In this document: one piece after another, positions 1 to 11,371 of the stretch
Position numbering within the stretch: position 1 is the stretch's first letter
Layout of the letters: the number at the start of each line of letters is the position of its first letter
From: an uncultured Candidatus Binatia bacterium
GTDB taxonomy: Bacteria; Desulfobacterota; Binatia; Bin18
Length of the DNA: 64,000 nucleotides
Reading direction: 5' to 3'
NCBI GenBank assembly: GCA_965207575.1
Contig: OZ242288.1
Location: 2,342,241 to 2,406,240 of the forward strand
Translations under genes and position numbers: made by a program
Notes under the pieces: model-generated
Told to the model about the DNA's origin: nothing
What the model saw: only the letters and a program-made list of their open reading frames with translations
Database searches by the model: none

Positions 1-19
1 TAGCTTGCAAGGCTAGTCT

Positions 20-2203
20 ATGGATCACCCGCTTCTCGTCTCCTACCTGCGCTGGATCGTTCTCTTTCCCCTGCTTGGTGCCGTTATCAATGGTGTTTTC
101 GGGGCGAAGATCCAGGAGCGCTTTGGGAAGAACGGGATCAGCGTCGTCGCCTGTACTGCTGTCGGTCTCGCCTTTATCTTTGCGCTACGGGCCTTTTTTC
201 AGCTCACCAGTCTGGTCCCTGAAGAACGCTATCTGCTCGATACGCTCCTGCGCTGGATACATATCGGTGCTCTTCAGGTTGATATCGCGTTCGCCGTCGA
301 TCCCCTCTCCGGCCTGATGATCTTGATCGTCACTGGTATTGGCGGTCTGATTCACCTGTATTCAATCGGCTATATGCATGATGACGAAGCGTACTGGCGC
401 TTTTTTGCCTATCTCAATCTTTTTACCGCGGCGATGCTGACCTTGGTGCTGGCCGATAACCTGGTGTTGATGTTTGTGGGCTGGGAAGGCGTTGGCCTGT
501 GCTCCTATGGACTGATTGGATTTTGGTATAAGGAACAGGCGAACACCACTGCTGGAAATAAGGCTTTTATTGTCAACCGGATTGGTGACGCCGGCTTTAC
601 GCTGGGTATTTTTATTATTTTCTGGAGTCTCTTTGAAGCGGGACACGGGACGACCGCGGTCTTTCGTGACCTGAGTCATCTGGTTCATCACCTGGAAGGC
701 CAGATGGTCTGGGGCGTCCCGGCGGCGACGCTCGCAGCGTTATGCCTCTTTGTCGGAGCGACTGGGAAGTCCGCGCAAATTCCACTCTATGTGTGGTTGC
801 CGGATGCGATGGCCGGACCGACTCCGGTGAGTGCTTTGATCCATGCTGCGACCATGGTGACCGCAGGCGTGTATATGATGGCTCGTATGCACTTCCTCTT
901 TTCCATGTCGCCGGTTGCGCTCGGTGTGGTGGCGACGGTCGGAGCCTTAACCGCGCTCGTTGCGGCAACTATTGGCCTCGCCCAGTTTGATATTAAGAAG
1001 GTGCTCGCGTATTCAACGGTCAGTCAGCTCGGGTATATGGTGCTGGGCGTCGGTGTTGGAGCGTATGGCGCTGCTGTCTTCCATCTGATGACGCATGCAT
1101 TTTTTAAGGCCTGCTTGTTTCTGGGCTCGGGAAGCGTCATCCATGCTATGGGCGATGAGCAGGACATGCGTAAGATGGGCGGGCTCAGAGAGAAAATGCC
1201 GCTCACCTTTTGGACCTTTTTGATCTCAACTATTGCGATTGCCGGCATCCCGCCTCTAGCCGGATTTTTCTCAAAGGATGAAATTCTCTGGCTGACATTT
1301 TCCGGTGGACATCCGCTCCTGTGGTTGATCGGATTTGCGGCTGCCGGGATGACCGCATTTTATATGTTTCGTCAGGTCTTTATGGTGTTTTTTGGGGAGA
1401 ATCGTGCCGATGAGCACACCAAAGAGCATTTGCATGAATCCCCTCCAGTGATGACCTACCCCTTAATTGTTCTTGCCGTGGGTGCGCTCTTTGCCGGTTT
1501 TCTTGGGGTACCTCCGGCCCTTGGCGGGAGTAATATTCTGGAGCACTGGTTCGAACCCGTCTTTGCCGGTGGTCATGGCGGCGGCCATGCCGCTCATCAC
1601 CATGTTGAGGTGATCGAGTATGTCCTGATGGTGGCTTCCGTTGGCATTGCGGCCGTCGGGATATTCCTCGCGTATCTGATTTACTATCGGCAGTCCCTAT
1701 CCGCCGAGACGTTTACTGCGGTTGGAGGCGGCATACCGTATCAAGCCGTGTTCAACAAATACTATGTTGACGAACTCTACCATGCGACCGCCGTCCGAGG
1801 GACCCTGGTGGTCAGCTGGTTGTGCTCCGCCTTTGATCGGAATGTTATCGACTTTATCGTGAATGGCGTTGCCAAAGCGACCGGCGTGGTAGGCTGGGCG
1901 GTTGGTCGATTTGATCATTACATCATTGATGGACTGGTGAACGGGTTGGCCGATGTCACTTTTGGTATCGGCAATCGGCTGCGCCAAATCCAGACCGGCA
2001 ATCTCAGTATTTATCTGTATGTCATTGTTGGTGCGATTGCCGTCTCCCAATTCTTACCGCGCGTGGGAGCGGACATATTACTCCCGGTCGTGGTGGTATT
2101 TCTCTCCCTGGTGATCGTGGTCGGAATAGCGCTGTGGCTCTCCACCAGACGAATCCAGTGGCGTCTGATGTTTACAAAAGAGGGAGTCTCGGAGCTCCGG
2201 TGA
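20..2203 (+). CDS. nuoL: NADH-quinone oxidoreductase subunit L (NuoL), 727 aa with a His-rich loop and an extra C-terminal TM helix
   Basis: N-terminus MDHPLLVSYLRWIVLFPLLGA; antiporter-like motifs (WLPDAMAGPTPVSALIHAATMVTAGVYM); YYVDELY motif of the NuoL long horizontal helix. Confidence 0.9.
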   Translation: MDHPLLVSYLRWIVLFPLLGAVINGVFGAKIQERFGKNGISVVACTAVGLAFIFALRAFFQLTSLVPEERYLLDTLLRWIHIGALQVDIAFAVDPLSGLMILIVTGIGGLIHLYSIGYMHDDEAYWRFFAYLNLFTAAMLTLVLADNLVLMFVGWEGVGLCSYGLIGFWYKEQANTTAGNKAFIVNRIGDAGFTLGIFIIFWSLFEAGHGTTAVFRDLSHLVHHLEGQMVWGVPAATLAALCLFVGATGKSAQIPLYVWLPDAMAGPTPVSALIHAATMVTAGVYMMARMHFLFSMSPVALGVVATVGALTALVAATIGLAQFDIKKVLAYSTVSQLGYMVLGVGVGAYGAAVFHLMTHAFFKACLFLGSGSVIHAMGDEQDMRKMGGLREKMPLTFWTFLISTIAIAGIPPLAGFFSKDEILWLTFSGGHPLLWLIGFAAAGMTAFYMFRQVFMVFFGENRADEHTKEHLHESPPVMTYPLIVLAVGALFAGFLGVPPALGGSNILEHWFEPVFAGGHGGGHAAHHHVEVIEYVLMVASVGIAAVGIFLAYLIYYRQSLSAETFTAVGGGIPYQAVFNKYYVDELYHATAVRGTLVVSWLCSAFDRNVIDFIVNGVAKATGVVGWAVGRFDHYIIDGLVNGLADVTFGIGNRLRQIQTGNLSIYLYVIVGAIAVSQFLPRVGADILLPVVVVFLSLVIVVGIALWLSTRRIQWRLMFTKEGVSELR

Positions 2204-2253
2204 ATCAGACTTTTTATCAAGCCCCTTGTGCGGATGTGCGGTAAGGAGCCGTT

Positions 2254-3825
2254 ATGGAGTCCTCTATTCTCACCTTGATGATTTTCTTTCCTCTGGCGGG
2301 CATGGTCGCTGTCTTCTGCCTGCCGAGCCAAGCAAAAGATTTAATTCGATGGACGGCGTTTGCTTTTACCCTGCCGGCGTTCTTTTTGGGCATCTGGCTC
2401 TACCAGAACTTTGATACCACGACCACAGCGCTCCAGTTTGTTGTGAACGTCCCGTGGATTGAGTCATTCAATATTCGCTATTTTGTCGGCGTCGACGGTG
2501 TCAGCATATCGATGGTTTTGCTGACTGCCTTTCTGTGCCCGATTTGCATTCTGGCCTCTTGGAATATTGATCGGGCCGAGAAGGGTTATTTCGCCCTGTT
2601 CCTGCTGCTGGATACGGCCATGACGGGCGTTTTCTGCGCCATGGACTTCTTCCTATTCTTCATCTTCTGGGAATTGATGTTGCTGCCGATGTATTTCCTG
2701 ATTGGCATCTGGGGTGGGCCGCGGCGGGAATATGCTGCGATTAAATTTTTCCTGTATACGATGCTCGGCAGTGCGCTGATGTTGGTCTGTATGCTGGTCT
2801 TCTATTTTCAAGCCGGGGCCGTCGAAGGCGTTGGATACACTTTTGATTTGACCCAACTCCCGGCCGTGGCGCAGCATTTTCAGACCGAGCCGCTCCTGTT
2901 TGGCTTCTCTTTGCCGCAAATCATGTGGCTCGCGCTCTTTATTAACTTTGCCGTAAAAATTCCGGCCTTTCCCCTCCATACATGGTTGCCCGACGCACAC
3001 GTCGAAGCGCCAACCGCAATCTCCGTTATTCTGGCCGGGGTTCTCCTGAAAATGGGAACGTATGGGATTTTACGGGTGAATTATCCCCTGCTCCCGGCAG
3101 AAACCTTCTTTTTCGCACCGTACTGCTTGGCCGCCTTAGGTGCATGGAACATTGTCTATGGAGCCTTCTGTGCCTTATCCCAGTGTTTTACCGAGCCCAA
3201 GGATTTGAAAAAACTTGTGGCCTATTCCAGCATCAGTCATATGGGGTATGTCATGTTGGGTATGGCATCGTTTACCCCACAAGGGATCAACGGTGCGGTC
3301 TTACAGATGTTCAATCATGGAACGATTACCGCCATGCTCTTCCTCATTGTCGGAGTGATCTACGATCGGGCCCACCATCGGCGCATTGACGGGTTTGGCG
3401 GCTTAGCCACTGTGATGCCGGTCTATACCGGGGTGATGGGGCTCGCTTTTTTTGCGGCTATGGGCCTGCCTGGTCTGTCGGCCTTTATTTCTGAAGTCCT
3501 GTGCCTCCTCGGTGCATGGCATACGCATAAAATTCCCACCTTACTCGGTGCTCTGACCGTCATTATTACAGCGAGTTACCTGCTGTGGACGATCCAACAA
3601 ATGTTTCTCGGAAAACCACGTGAGGAGTATGCGGACATGCACCTCTCAGAAATCAATACGAGAGAGCTGTGTATGTTAGTCCCGCTCGGGGCTATTGTTG
3701 TGATTCTGGGATTTTATCCGCACGCCGTTCTAGACCTGCTCGATGTCTCGCTCCAGGGGCTCAATGAGGTCGTGCTGTCTGCAAGCACGAATAGTCCTGA
3801 TGCTGCGGCAGTTGCGCTACGCTAG
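2254..3825 (+). CDS. nuoM: NADH-quinone oxidoreductase subunit M (NuoM)
   Basis: 523 aa polytopic antiporter-like subunit; HTWLPDAHVEAPTAISVILAGVLLKMGTYG motif; position between nuoL and nuoN. Confidence 0.9.
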   Translation: MESSILTLMIFFPLAGMVAVFCLPSQAKDLIRWTAFAFTLPAFFLGIWLYQNFDTTTTALQFVVNVPWIESFNIRYFVGVDGVSISMVLLTAFLCPICILASWNIDRAEKGYFALFLLLDTAMTGVFCAMDFFLFFIFWELMLLPMYFLIGIWGGPRREYAAIKFFLYTMLGSALMLVCMLVFYFQAGAVEGVGYTFDLTQLPAVAQHFQTEPLLFGFSLPQIMWLALFINFAVKIPAFPLHTWLPDAHVEAPTAISVILAGVLLKMGTYGILRVNYPLLPAETFFFAPYCLAALGAWNIVYGAFCALSQCFTEPKDLKKLVAYSSISHMGYVMLGMASFTPQGINGAVLQMFNHGTITAMLFLIVGVIYDRAHHRRIDGFGGLATVMPVYTGVMGLAFFAAMGLPGLSAFISEVLCLLGAWHTHKIPTLLGALTVIITASYLLWTIQQMFLGKPREEYADMHLSEINTRELCMLVPLGAIVVILGFYPHAVLDLLDVSLQGLNEVVLSASTNSPDAAAVALR

Positions 3826-3852
3826 CGTGTTGGACGAGAGAGAAAGCATGCC

Positions 3853-5367
3853 ATGAACCTCGGCAGTATTGAAAGCCTGGCATATCTCTACCCTGAAGGG
3901 ATTCTTGTTCTCTCCATTCTGGCGATTTTTCTGGTAGACCTCTGTGTGGAGGATAAGGAGCGACTCGGTAATATTGCCCTGGTTGGAGCCGCTCTGGCCC
4001 TGGTTTTTACTTCGGGCCTGTCTTTTTTCGGTGTCCGTTTTATCGAAGGATTACAAGGAGTTGGGGAAGGGTGGCTGTTTCATCGCATGATTGCGCTGGA
4101 TAGTTTTGCCATTTTCTTTAAGGTGATTCTTTCCTTATCCGTAGTAGCAGTCGTCTGGATGTCCCTTGGCTCGCGGGAGATTAACGGCCCGAATCAGGGT
4201 GAATACTATGGAATTTTACTGGCGAGCGGGCTCGGTATGTTTTTCATGGCCTCGGCAACGAATTTGCTCCTGGCCTATCTGTCTTTAGAGTTCGTCAGTC
4301 TGACATCCTATGTGCTTACGGGATATTTGACGCGCAATCGGAGATCTGGAGAAGCCGCGCTGAAATATCTCATTTATGGCGGTGTGGCCTCGGGGACCAT
4401 GATCTATGGCATGAGCTGGATCTTTGGTTTGACCGGAAGCCTGGACTATGCAGAGATTAACGCTGCTCTGCTACAAAACGCTCCAGACCAACTCACATTA
4501 TTTATTGCTCTTGTCCTTATGCTGGCCGGGTTCGGCTATAAAATTGCCGCGGTTCCCTTCCATATGTGGGCTCCCGATGTCTACCACGGGGCACCCATTC
4601 CTGTGACGGCTTTTCTTTCGGTCGGCTCAAAGGCGGCGGGTTTCGCCCTCTTGATGAGATTTTTCTATCCAGCGCTCTCTCAAAGCGGAGACGCCGGCAT
4701 GTGGCAATTCGTCCCCGGCGTCGAGTGGCCACAACTCATGCTTATTGTGGCGATGGCGACCATGACGCTTGGGAACCTTGCTGCCCTCAACCAGTATAAC
4801 GTGAAGCGTCTCCTCGCCTATTCCAGCATTGCTCACGCTGGCTACATCCTCATGGGATTTGTTGTGCTCAGCGACGAAGGGCTGCGGGCTATGCTGTTCT
4901 ACATCGTCGTCTATTATTTGATGAACCTTGGGGCGTTTATCGTCGTCATGGTTGTGGCGAATAATACTGGCCGTGAAGACCTAGAAGGCTTTCGCGGGCT
5001 TGCCTGGAGAGGGGGAGCGTTGCCTGCGGCGGCGATGGCAATTTTCCTCTTTTCGCTCACAGGTCTTCCTCCGCTCGCTGGCTTTATTGGCAAATTCTAT
5101 CTCTTTGCGGCGGTGGTGAAGGGCCAATTCTATTGGCTTGCCGTGGTTGGGATATTGAACAGTGTCGTGTCCCTCTATTATTATGCGCGCATTGTAAAGA
5201 CGATGTTCCTTGATGAGCCGTCTGATTCGGCAGATGAGGTCACTCTCGACCCACACAATGGATCCTTACTGGCAATCTTGAGTGTGGCGACTGTTATCCT
5301 CGGGGTGTATTGGGCACCGGTTTTCGATTTTGCCGACCGTTCGACGCGTTTTTTCTTGGGCAGCTAG
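3853..5367 (+). CDS. nuoN: NADH-quinone oxidoreductase subunit N (NuoN)
   Basis: 504 aa; MWAPDVYHGAPIPVTAFLSVGSKAAGF motif; last gene of a nuo cluster. Confidence 0.9.
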   Translation: MNLGSIESLAYLYPEGILVLSILAIFLVDLCVEDKERLGNIALVGAALALVFTSGLSFFGVRFIEGLQGVGEGWLFHRMIALDSFAIFFKVILSLSVVAVVWMSLGSREINGPNQGEYYGILLASGLGMFFMASATNLLLAYLSLEFVSLTSYVLTGYLTRNRRSGEAALKYLIYGGVASGTMIYGMSWIFGLTGSLDYAEINAALLQNAPDQLTLFIALVLMLAGFGYKIAAVPFHMWAPDVYHGAPIPVTAFLSVGSKAAGFALLMRFFYPALSQSGDAGMWQFVPGVEWPQLMLIVAMATMTLGNLAALNQYNVKRLLAYSSIAHAGYILMGFVVLSDEGLRAMLFYIVVYYLMNLGAFIVVMVVANNTGREDLEGFRGLAWRGGALPAAAMAIFLFSLTGLPPLAGFIGKFYLFAAVVKGQFYWLAVVGILNSVVSLYYYARIVKTMFLDEPSDSADEVTLDPHNGSLLAILSVATVILGVYWAPVFDFADRSTRFFLGS

Positions 5368-5485
5368 CGAACGAGTCTGCGTTGGAGCGAGAACAAGAAC
5401 CCGGTTTGTCCGGCATGTGACGGCATGTTAGGGTAGGAGAGCGAGAACGTCGCAATCCCCGCGTTGAACGGGAACCGAATCATGT

Positions 5486-5559
5486 CGGGGCGTAGCGCAG
5501 CCTGGTAGCGCACCTGCCTTGGGAGCAGGGGGTCGGCCGTTCAAATCGGCTCGCCCCGA
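5486..5559 (+). tRNA. tRNA-Pro (anticodon TGG)
   Basis: Cloverleaf folded by hand: acceptor CGGGGCG/CGCCCCG, anticodon loop CTTGGGA, T-loop TTCAAAT. Confidence 0.85.
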
Positions 5560-5616
5560 TACGATGTCACTGTCAGGAGGAAAAGCTCAATGCTCCTGAC
5601 AGACTAGGCCGTGAGG

Positions 5617-5690
<74 letters not shown>

Positions 5691-5693
5691 TAG

Positions 5694-5767
5694 GGTGGGT
5701 GTAGCTCAGTTGGTAGAGCACTGGGTTGTGGTCCCAGGAGTCGAGGGTTCAAGTCCCTTCACCCACC
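5694..5767 (+). tRNA. tRNA-His (anticodon GTG) with an encoded G-1
   Basis: Extra 5' G pairing with the discriminator C; acceptor GTGGGTG/CACCCAC; anticodon loop TTGTGGT. Confidence 0.85.
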
Positions 5768-5859
5768 TTGTTCCCTTCACTCCAGAGCATGATATTCTCC
5801 CGACAAGCGCGGGCACGGCTCCGGTTGCCATGGCTAGGAATAGTAGTTATGGTGCCCGT

Positions 5860-5932
<73 letters not shown>

Positions 5933-5953
5933 TCACCCTCGGTGAGGACATAT

Positions 5954-6038
5954 GCGAGAGTGGCGAAATTGGCAGACGCGCTAGACTTAGGATCTAGTCC
6001 GCTTGAAGCGGATGGGGGTTCAAGTCCCCCCTCTCGCA
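5954..6038 (+). tRNA. tRNA-Leu (anticodon TAG), class II with a long variable arm
   Basis: Acceptor GCGAGAG/CTCTCGC; anticodon stem CTAGA/TCTAG with loop CTTAGGA; 85 nt. Confidence 0.85.
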
Positions 6039-6099
6039 CGTGTGTCTTATCCGAGTGGTATGAAGAACTCTGTTGATATCCGCAATAGGTTGTTGCTGT

Positions 6100-7422
6100 A
6101 TGAAGATTTCGATTGAGAGGCTGAGTTCGGTCCAGAAAAAAATTGTTTTTGAGATTCCTGCAGATCAAGTCCAAGCCGGACTGGAGAAGGCGTATCGAAC
6201 CTATCAAAACCGCGTTCAACTGAAAGGCTTTCGGGCTGGGCGAGTGCCAAGGCAGGTACTCGAGCGTCGCTTTGGAGAAGAGATCGCTGCAGAAGTGAGT
6301 TCCTCTCTGGTTGAGGAGTCTCTTGCCAAAGCAATAGAGGAGCACGAACTTGCTATTGTGACAAAGCCTCAGATTGTGACTGAGCGCTTGGTCGCAGGAA
6401 ACCCTTTCTGTTATTCAGCGACTATTGAGACGAAGCCTGAGGTCAAGAACGTGGACTACGAGGGGGTGGCGGTTGACAAAGTCATCTCGTCAGTAGCGGA
6501 AAAGGAGGTTGATGAGTCCTTAGCTCGACTTGCCGAATCTTTTGCTCAGCTTCATCCTGTAACGGATCGAGATCAGGCTGAGTCGGGAGATGTTGTCACC
6601 CTAGACTACCGGGCCATACAGCACGGACGCGCCATTCCAGGGCTCGAAGGAAAGGGCCGATTGGTTGAGTTGGGCAAAGAGTCGCTCCTGCCTGGGTTTC
6701 AAGAGCAGCTCATTGGCGTCAAGAAGGGACAGGCTGTTGAATTTTCGCTGCCATTGCCCCAGGGACCTCAAGAGACAGAATCCGATCAACAGGAAGCTCT
6801 GCCTCCTGCTACCTTTCACGTCACCATACACGATATTGCCCAAAAGGAAGTCCCGCTTTTAGACGATGAGTTTGCAAAAGACCACGGAGAGTGTGATACC
6901 CTCGAAGAATTACGCGCCAAGATTCGGGATAATATGGAACAGATGGCGGAGCGGACAGCCGAAGGGCAGATGCATGACGCTGTACTGAGCCAAATACTCA
7001 ACAAAAATCCCTTTGAGGTCCCCCCTGGCCTTATTCGTGAACAAGCGCAACAGTTGTTCGTTGAGTCGGGCATGCAGGGACAGAGTAATGTCAGCTTTGA
7101 TGACTCGACTATTCCTGAGGCTATACGCGAGGATTTTTCCCAGCGGGCAAGGCGACAGATTGAGACGACCCTGCTCCTTGATGCACTGGTAGAGCAACTC
7201 GGCATCACAAGTACGGAGGAAGAGGTTGATCTGAAGATTGAAAATTTCGGAGCGACGAGTGTCGAACAGCGACAGCAGATTGATACCTTCTACGCTGATC
7301 CGAGTAATCGCCAGATGCTGCAAGGGCGGCTGTGCAGAGAAAAGGCACTTCAGGCGGTTGTGGGAAAGGCCCATATTCGAGTGGTCCAAGAAGACGTTGC
7401 TGGTGCCGAGGAAAACGATTAG
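6100..7422 (+). CDS. tig: Trigger factor
   Basis: MKISIERLSSVQKKIVFEIPADQV...GFRAGRVPRQVLERRFG is a classic trigger-factor N-domain; start trimmed to the ATG at 6100. Confidence 0.9.
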   Translation: MKISIERLSSVQKKIVFEIPADQVQAGLEKAYRTYQNRVQLKGFRAGRVPRQVLERRFGEEIAAEVSSSLVEESLAKAIEEHELAIVTKPQIVTERLVAGNPFCYSATIETKPEVKNVDYEGVAVDKVISSVAEKEVDESLARLAESFAQLHPVTDRDQAESGDVVTLDYRAIQHGRAIPGLEGKGRLVELGKESLLPGFQEQLIGVKKGQAVEFSLPLPQGPQETESDQQEALPPATFHVTIHDIAQKEVPLLDDEFAKDHGECDTLEELRAKIRDNMEQMAERTAEGQMHDAVLSQILNKNPFEVPPGLIREQAQQLFVESGMQGQSNVSFDDSTIPEAIREDFSQRARRQIETTLLLDALVEQLGITSTEEEVDLKIENFGATSVEQRQQIDTFYADPSNRQMLQGRLCREKALQAVVGKAHIRVVQEDVAGAEEND

Positions 7423-7430
7423 TATGGACC

Positions 7431-7460
7431 CTTGGTGAAGAATCTTTCCACTCCCCGTGT
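7431..7460 (+). promoter_or_regulatory. Candidate sigma-32 (heat-shock) type promoter upstream of clpX-lon
   Basis: CTTGGTG-N15-CCCCGTGT compared with consensus CTTGAAA-N13-15-CCCCATNT; lies in the 213 bp tig-clpX spacer. Confidence 0.2.
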
Positions 7461-7635
7461 GATTGGGCTGAAAGATGAAAGCTGCTCTCTGCGATACTAT
7501 GAATCTGGTGGCCATCTAGTACGGACTGGTAAGTGAATATGGATACTGTTTTTTCTTCCGAGCGGAGGGACGCCACGCGAACCCGGAGCACATATCCCTA
7601 TACCGTGCGGTCTGAAAACGATCCAAGGAGTAGCT

Positions 7636-8889
7636 ATGCCCAGAAATGGCGATGATCGTCCCGGAAATTTGGTTTGCTCTTTTTGTGGCAAGAGTCAGGA
7701 CGAGGTTCGTAAACTGATTGCGGGCCCTACGGTCTATATCTGTGACGAATGTATCGATCTGTGTAATGACATTATCGCAGAAGAGTGTGACCAGGAAGAC
7801 TCGCTGGCGGCATCCTCAACCGTCCCAAAACCGGCAGAGATAAAGCGTGTTTTGGATCAATACGTCATTGGACAGGAGCAAGCAAAGAAAATTCTCTCCG
7901 TCGCCGTCCACAATCACTACAAACGCGTTGACTCGCAATTAATGACGAGTGAGGTGGAACTCCAAAAGTCTAATATTCTCCTCCTTGGTCCGACGGGGTC
8001 AGGGAAAACTCTCCTGGCCCAAACTTTGGCTCGTTTCCTCCAGGTGCCTTTTACGATCGGTGATGCAACAAGTCTGACCGAGGCTGGGTATGTTGGGGAG
8101 GATGTCGAGAATATTGTCTTAAGTTTATTACAAAATGCCGACTATGACGTCGAGAAATGTCAGAAGGGAATCGTCTATATCGATGAAATCGACAAGATCG
8201 CCCGAAAAGGTGATAATCCTTCGATTACCCGAGATGTTTCCGGTGAAGGTGTCCAACAAGCGTTGCTCAAGATTATTGAAGGGACCGTTGCGAGTGTGCC
8301 CCCAAAAGGAGGCCGGAAACACCCGCAGCAAGAGTTCGTCCAGGTTGATACGACGAATATCCTCTTTATCTGCGGCGGCGCGTTTGTCGGTCTGGAAGAT
8401 GTTATTCAACGACGGATTGGGGGGAAGAGTCTTGGGTTTGGGGCAGATATCCGAAGCACCAACCTGAAGGGGAGCAGTCTGCTCACAGAAGTACAACCGG
8501 AAGACCTCCTGAAATTTGGCATGATACCGGAATTTATCGGTCGGCTTCCCGTTTTAGCGACCCTCAAGGAACTGGACGATCAGGCGTTAGTCCGCATTTT
8601 GCGTGAGCCAAAAAATGCGCTCGTTCGTCAATACCAAAAGCTCTTTGAATTGGAGAATGTCCACCTACGCTTTACGGAAGGCGCGCTAACTGCGATCGCT
8701 CGTGAGGCATTAGCCAGAAAAACCGGGGCTCGCGGGCTGCGTGCTATTATGGAAAACATCATGCTGGATATCATGTACGATATCCCCTCACAGCCGAATA
8801 TCAAAGAAGTCCTTATTTCCGAAGAAGTGGTGTCACGCAATGTGCAGCCTATTGTGATGTACCAAAAGGCAACGGCCGAGAGTGCCTGA
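7636..8889 (+). CDS. clpX: ATP-dependent Clp protease ATP-binding subunit ClpX
   Basis: N-terminal zinc-binding domain CSFCGK...[10 protein letters not shown]; Walker A GPTGSGKT; AGGAG ribosome-binding site upstream. Confidence 0.93.
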   Translation: MPRNGDDRPGNLVCSFCGKSQDEVRKLIAGPTVYICDECIDLCNDIIAEECDQEDSLAASSTVPKPAEIKRVLDQYVIGQEQAKKILSVAVHNHYKRVDSQLMTSEVELQKSNILLLGPTGSGKTLLAQTLARFLQVPFTIGDATSLTEAGYVGEDVENIVLSLLQNADYDVEKCQKGIVYIDEIDKIARKGDNPSITRDVSGEGVQQALLKIIEGTVASVPPKGGRKHPQQEFVQVDTTNILFICGGAFVGLEDVIQRRIGGKSLGFGADIRSTNLKGSSLLTEVQPEDLLKFGMIPEFIGRLPVLATLKELDDQALVRILREPKNALVRQYQKLFELENVHLRFTEGALTAIAREALARKTGARGLRAIMENIMLDIMYDIPSQPNIKEVLISEEVVSRNVQPIVMYQKATAESA

Positions 8890-8962
8890 CAACCCGATTC
8901 GGAAAACAGCGGCATGTTGTTCCAGAAAGACCAATAAAGAGAGATCGGAAAAAGGAGGGGCC

Positions 8963-11371
8963 GTGCGTCTACCGCTTTTACCGTTACGAGATATTATTGT
9001 TTTTCCTCACATGGTCGTTCCCCTCTTTGTGGGGCGGCAAAAGTCGATTAAGGCGCTCGAAGAATCGGTTGCCGGCGATAAACTGATTTTTCTTGCAACG
9101 CAGCGTGATGCGAAAGTCAACGAGCCGATTGCTAATGACATTTATTCCATGGGTACCATTGGGCATGTTGTGCAACTCCTCCGGTTGCCAGACGGGACTG
9201 TGAAGGTGCTGGTTGAGGGGAAACAGCGCGGACAGGTTGTCCAATACGTGGAGCAGAATGACTTCTTCTGGGCTGACGTGGAAGAGGTTGAAGAGACGTC
9301 ACAACGCCAAGCCGAAATCGATGCGTTGGTGAAAAGCGTGAATACGGCATTTGAGAACTATGTGCGTCTGAATAAGAAGATTCCTCCAGAGATGATTATG
9401 TCGGTCTCGGCGCTTGATGATCCGTCTCGACTCGCCGATACTATTATTGCTCACCTTGGTATTAAACTGGAGGATAAACAGACCCTGCTCGAAACGATCG
9501 ATCCCGCTGACCGGCTGGAGAAAGTGCTGAGCTTCACGCGTTCCGAGATTGAGATACTTGAGGTGGAGCGGAGGATACGCAACCGGGTCAAAAAACAAAT
9601 GGAAAAGACCCAGAAGGAGTACTATCTCAACGAGCAGATGCGGGCCATTCAAAAAGAACTCGGAGAAAAAGACGAATTCAAGAATGAGTTGCAAGAGCTC
9701 GAAGAAAAAATCCGACAAAAGAAATTGTCTCAAGAGGCGCGGGACAAGGTAGAAAAGGAACTCAAGAAGCTGAAGATGATGTCGCCGATGTCTGCCGAGG
9801 CGACTGTTGTGCGAAACTATATTGACTGGTTGCTCGTCCTGCCCTGGTATGAATACACGGAAGATAAACTGGATATTCAAGATGCAGAAAAGATTTTAGA
9901 CGAGGACCACTACGGTCTGGAAAAGGTCAAAGAACGCATCCTAGAATATCTTGCCGTCCAGAGCCTCGTTGGCGAGTTGAAAGGTCCGATTCTCTGTTTT
10001 GTCGGTCCTCCGGGGGTGGGGAAAACGTCCTTGGGAAAATCCATTGCCCGCTCGACGGACCGAGAGTTTGTTCGGGTCTCCCTCGGTGGAGTACGCGACG
10101 AGGCAGAAATTCGGGGGCACCGACGGACCTATATCGGAGCAATGCCTGGGAAAATAATCCAGGGAATGAAAAAAGCGGGGTCAGGGAACCCGGTCTTTCT
10201 TCTTGATGAGATCGACAAGATGTCGACCGATTTTCGGGGGGATCCGTCCGCCGCGTTGATGGAAGTCCTTGATCCAGAACAGAATACGACCTTCAACGAC
10301 CATTACCTTGATGTAGATTACGATCTGTCGAAAATTCTTTTTATCTGTACGGCAAATAATCTTGAGCGGATTCCACGTCCCCTCCAGGACCGCATGGAGA
10401 TCATTAGAATCCCTGGTTACACCGAGTGGGAAAAATTAAATATTGCGAAGCATTTTTTGTTTAAAAAGCAACGTGAGGCCAACGGTCTGACCGAGCAGAA
10501 TATCACGTGCTCTGACCGGGTCCTGTCTACCGTGGTACGCTCCTATACCCGAGAATCTGGAGTCAGAAATCTCGAACGGGAAATCGCGACGTTGTGTCGA
10601 AAGGTCGCGGTGGAAGTTGTCAAAAAGGGCAAAGATACGCATGTCCGATTAAATCAGAAACGACTCGAAAAATATTTGGGGCCTGTCCGATATCGGGTGA
10701 GTAAGACAGAGCAGGAAGACAAGATTGGTGTCGTGACTGGCTTGGCCTGGACTGATATGGGAGGTGAATTGCTTGCTACTGAGGTGACCATTGTCCCTGG
10801 TAAAGGTAAGTTAACCATTACTGGAAAAATTGGTGATGTGATGCAAGAGTCTGCCCAGGCGGCGATGAGCTATGTACGCTCACGTGCCGATGAGTTAGGG
10901 CTCGACAAGGATTTTTACCAGAACATTGATGTGCATATCCACATTCCAGAAGGAGCGATCCCGAAAGACGGTCCATCGGCCGGCGTGACAATGGCAACCT
11001 GTCTCGTATCGGCTCTGACAAAGATCCCGGTTCGACATGACACGGCTATGACCGGAGAAATTACCCTTCGTGGCCGTGTACTCCCCATTGGTGGTCTCAA
11101 GGAGAAGATACTCGCCGCCCATCGTGGAGGGATAACAAGAATAGTCATCCCAATTGAAAACGAAAAAGACCTCCAGGAAGTTCCAGCGAATATCTTGCGA
11201 GCCGTCCATGTCGAACCTGTTGACCATCTCGACGCAGTGCTCCGCAATGCGCTCGTCCTTGCCGAGCCTGAGGAGTTTCTGGCAAAGAAAGAGACCGTGG
11301 TTGATGAGGATCCTCTCTATTCTTCCGATGCACCTGACCCGACTGAATCAACCGAGATCGTAACCCATTAA
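8963..11371 (+). CDS. lon: ATP-dependent protease Lon
   Basis: [23 protein letters not shown] Lon N-domain; Walker [10 protein letters not shown]; catalytic S-K region PKDGPSAGV; start set to GTG 8963, preceded by AAGGAGG. Confidence 0.9.
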   Translation: MRLPLLPLRDIIVFPHMVVPLFVGRQKSIKALEESVAGDKLIFLATQRDAKVNEPIANDIYSMGTIGHVVQLLRLPDGTVKVLVEGKQRGQVVQYVEQNDFFWADVEEVEETSQRQAEIDALVKSVNTAFENYVRLNKKIPPEMIMSVSALDDPSRLADTIIAHLGIKLEDKQTLLETIDPADRLEKVLSFTRSEIEILEVERRIRNRVKKQMEKTQKEYYLNEQMRAIQKELGEKDEFKNELQELEEKIRQKKLSQEARDKVEKELKKLKMMSPMSAEATVVRNYIDWLLVLPWYEYTEDKLDIQDAEKILDEDHYGLEKVKERILEYLAVQSLVGELKGPILCFVGPPGVGKTSLGKSIARSTDREFVRVSLGGVRDEAEIRGHRRTYIGAMPGKIIQGMKKAGSGNPVFLLDEIDKMSTDFRGDPSAALMEVLDPEQNTTFNDHYLDVDYDLSKILFICTANNLERIPRPLQDRMEIIRIPGYTEWEKLNIAKHFLFKKQREANGLTEQNITCSDRVLSTVVRSYTRESGVRNLEREIATLCRKVAVEVVKKGKDTHVRLNQKRLEKYLGPVRYRVSKTEQEDKIGVVTGLAWTDMGGELLATEVTIVPGKGKLTITGKIGDVMQESAQAAMSYVRSRADELGLDKDFYQNIDVHIHIPEGAIPKDGPSAGVTMATCLVSALTKIPVRHDTAMTGEITLRGRVLPIGGLKEKILAAHRGGITRIVIPIENEKDLQEVPANILRAVHVEPVDHLDAVLRNALVLAEPEEFLAKKETVVDEDPLYSSDAPDPTESTEIVTH

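Noticed and set aside
6910-7515. 201-aa ORF antisense to tig, and similar antisense ORFs at 9299-9880 (lon), 44355-45011 (rpoA), 37977-38567 (rpsH/rplF) and 43331-43861 (rpsK/rpsD)
   Set aside because: They are embedded in well-supported conserved genes on the opposite strand and have no recognisable motifs.
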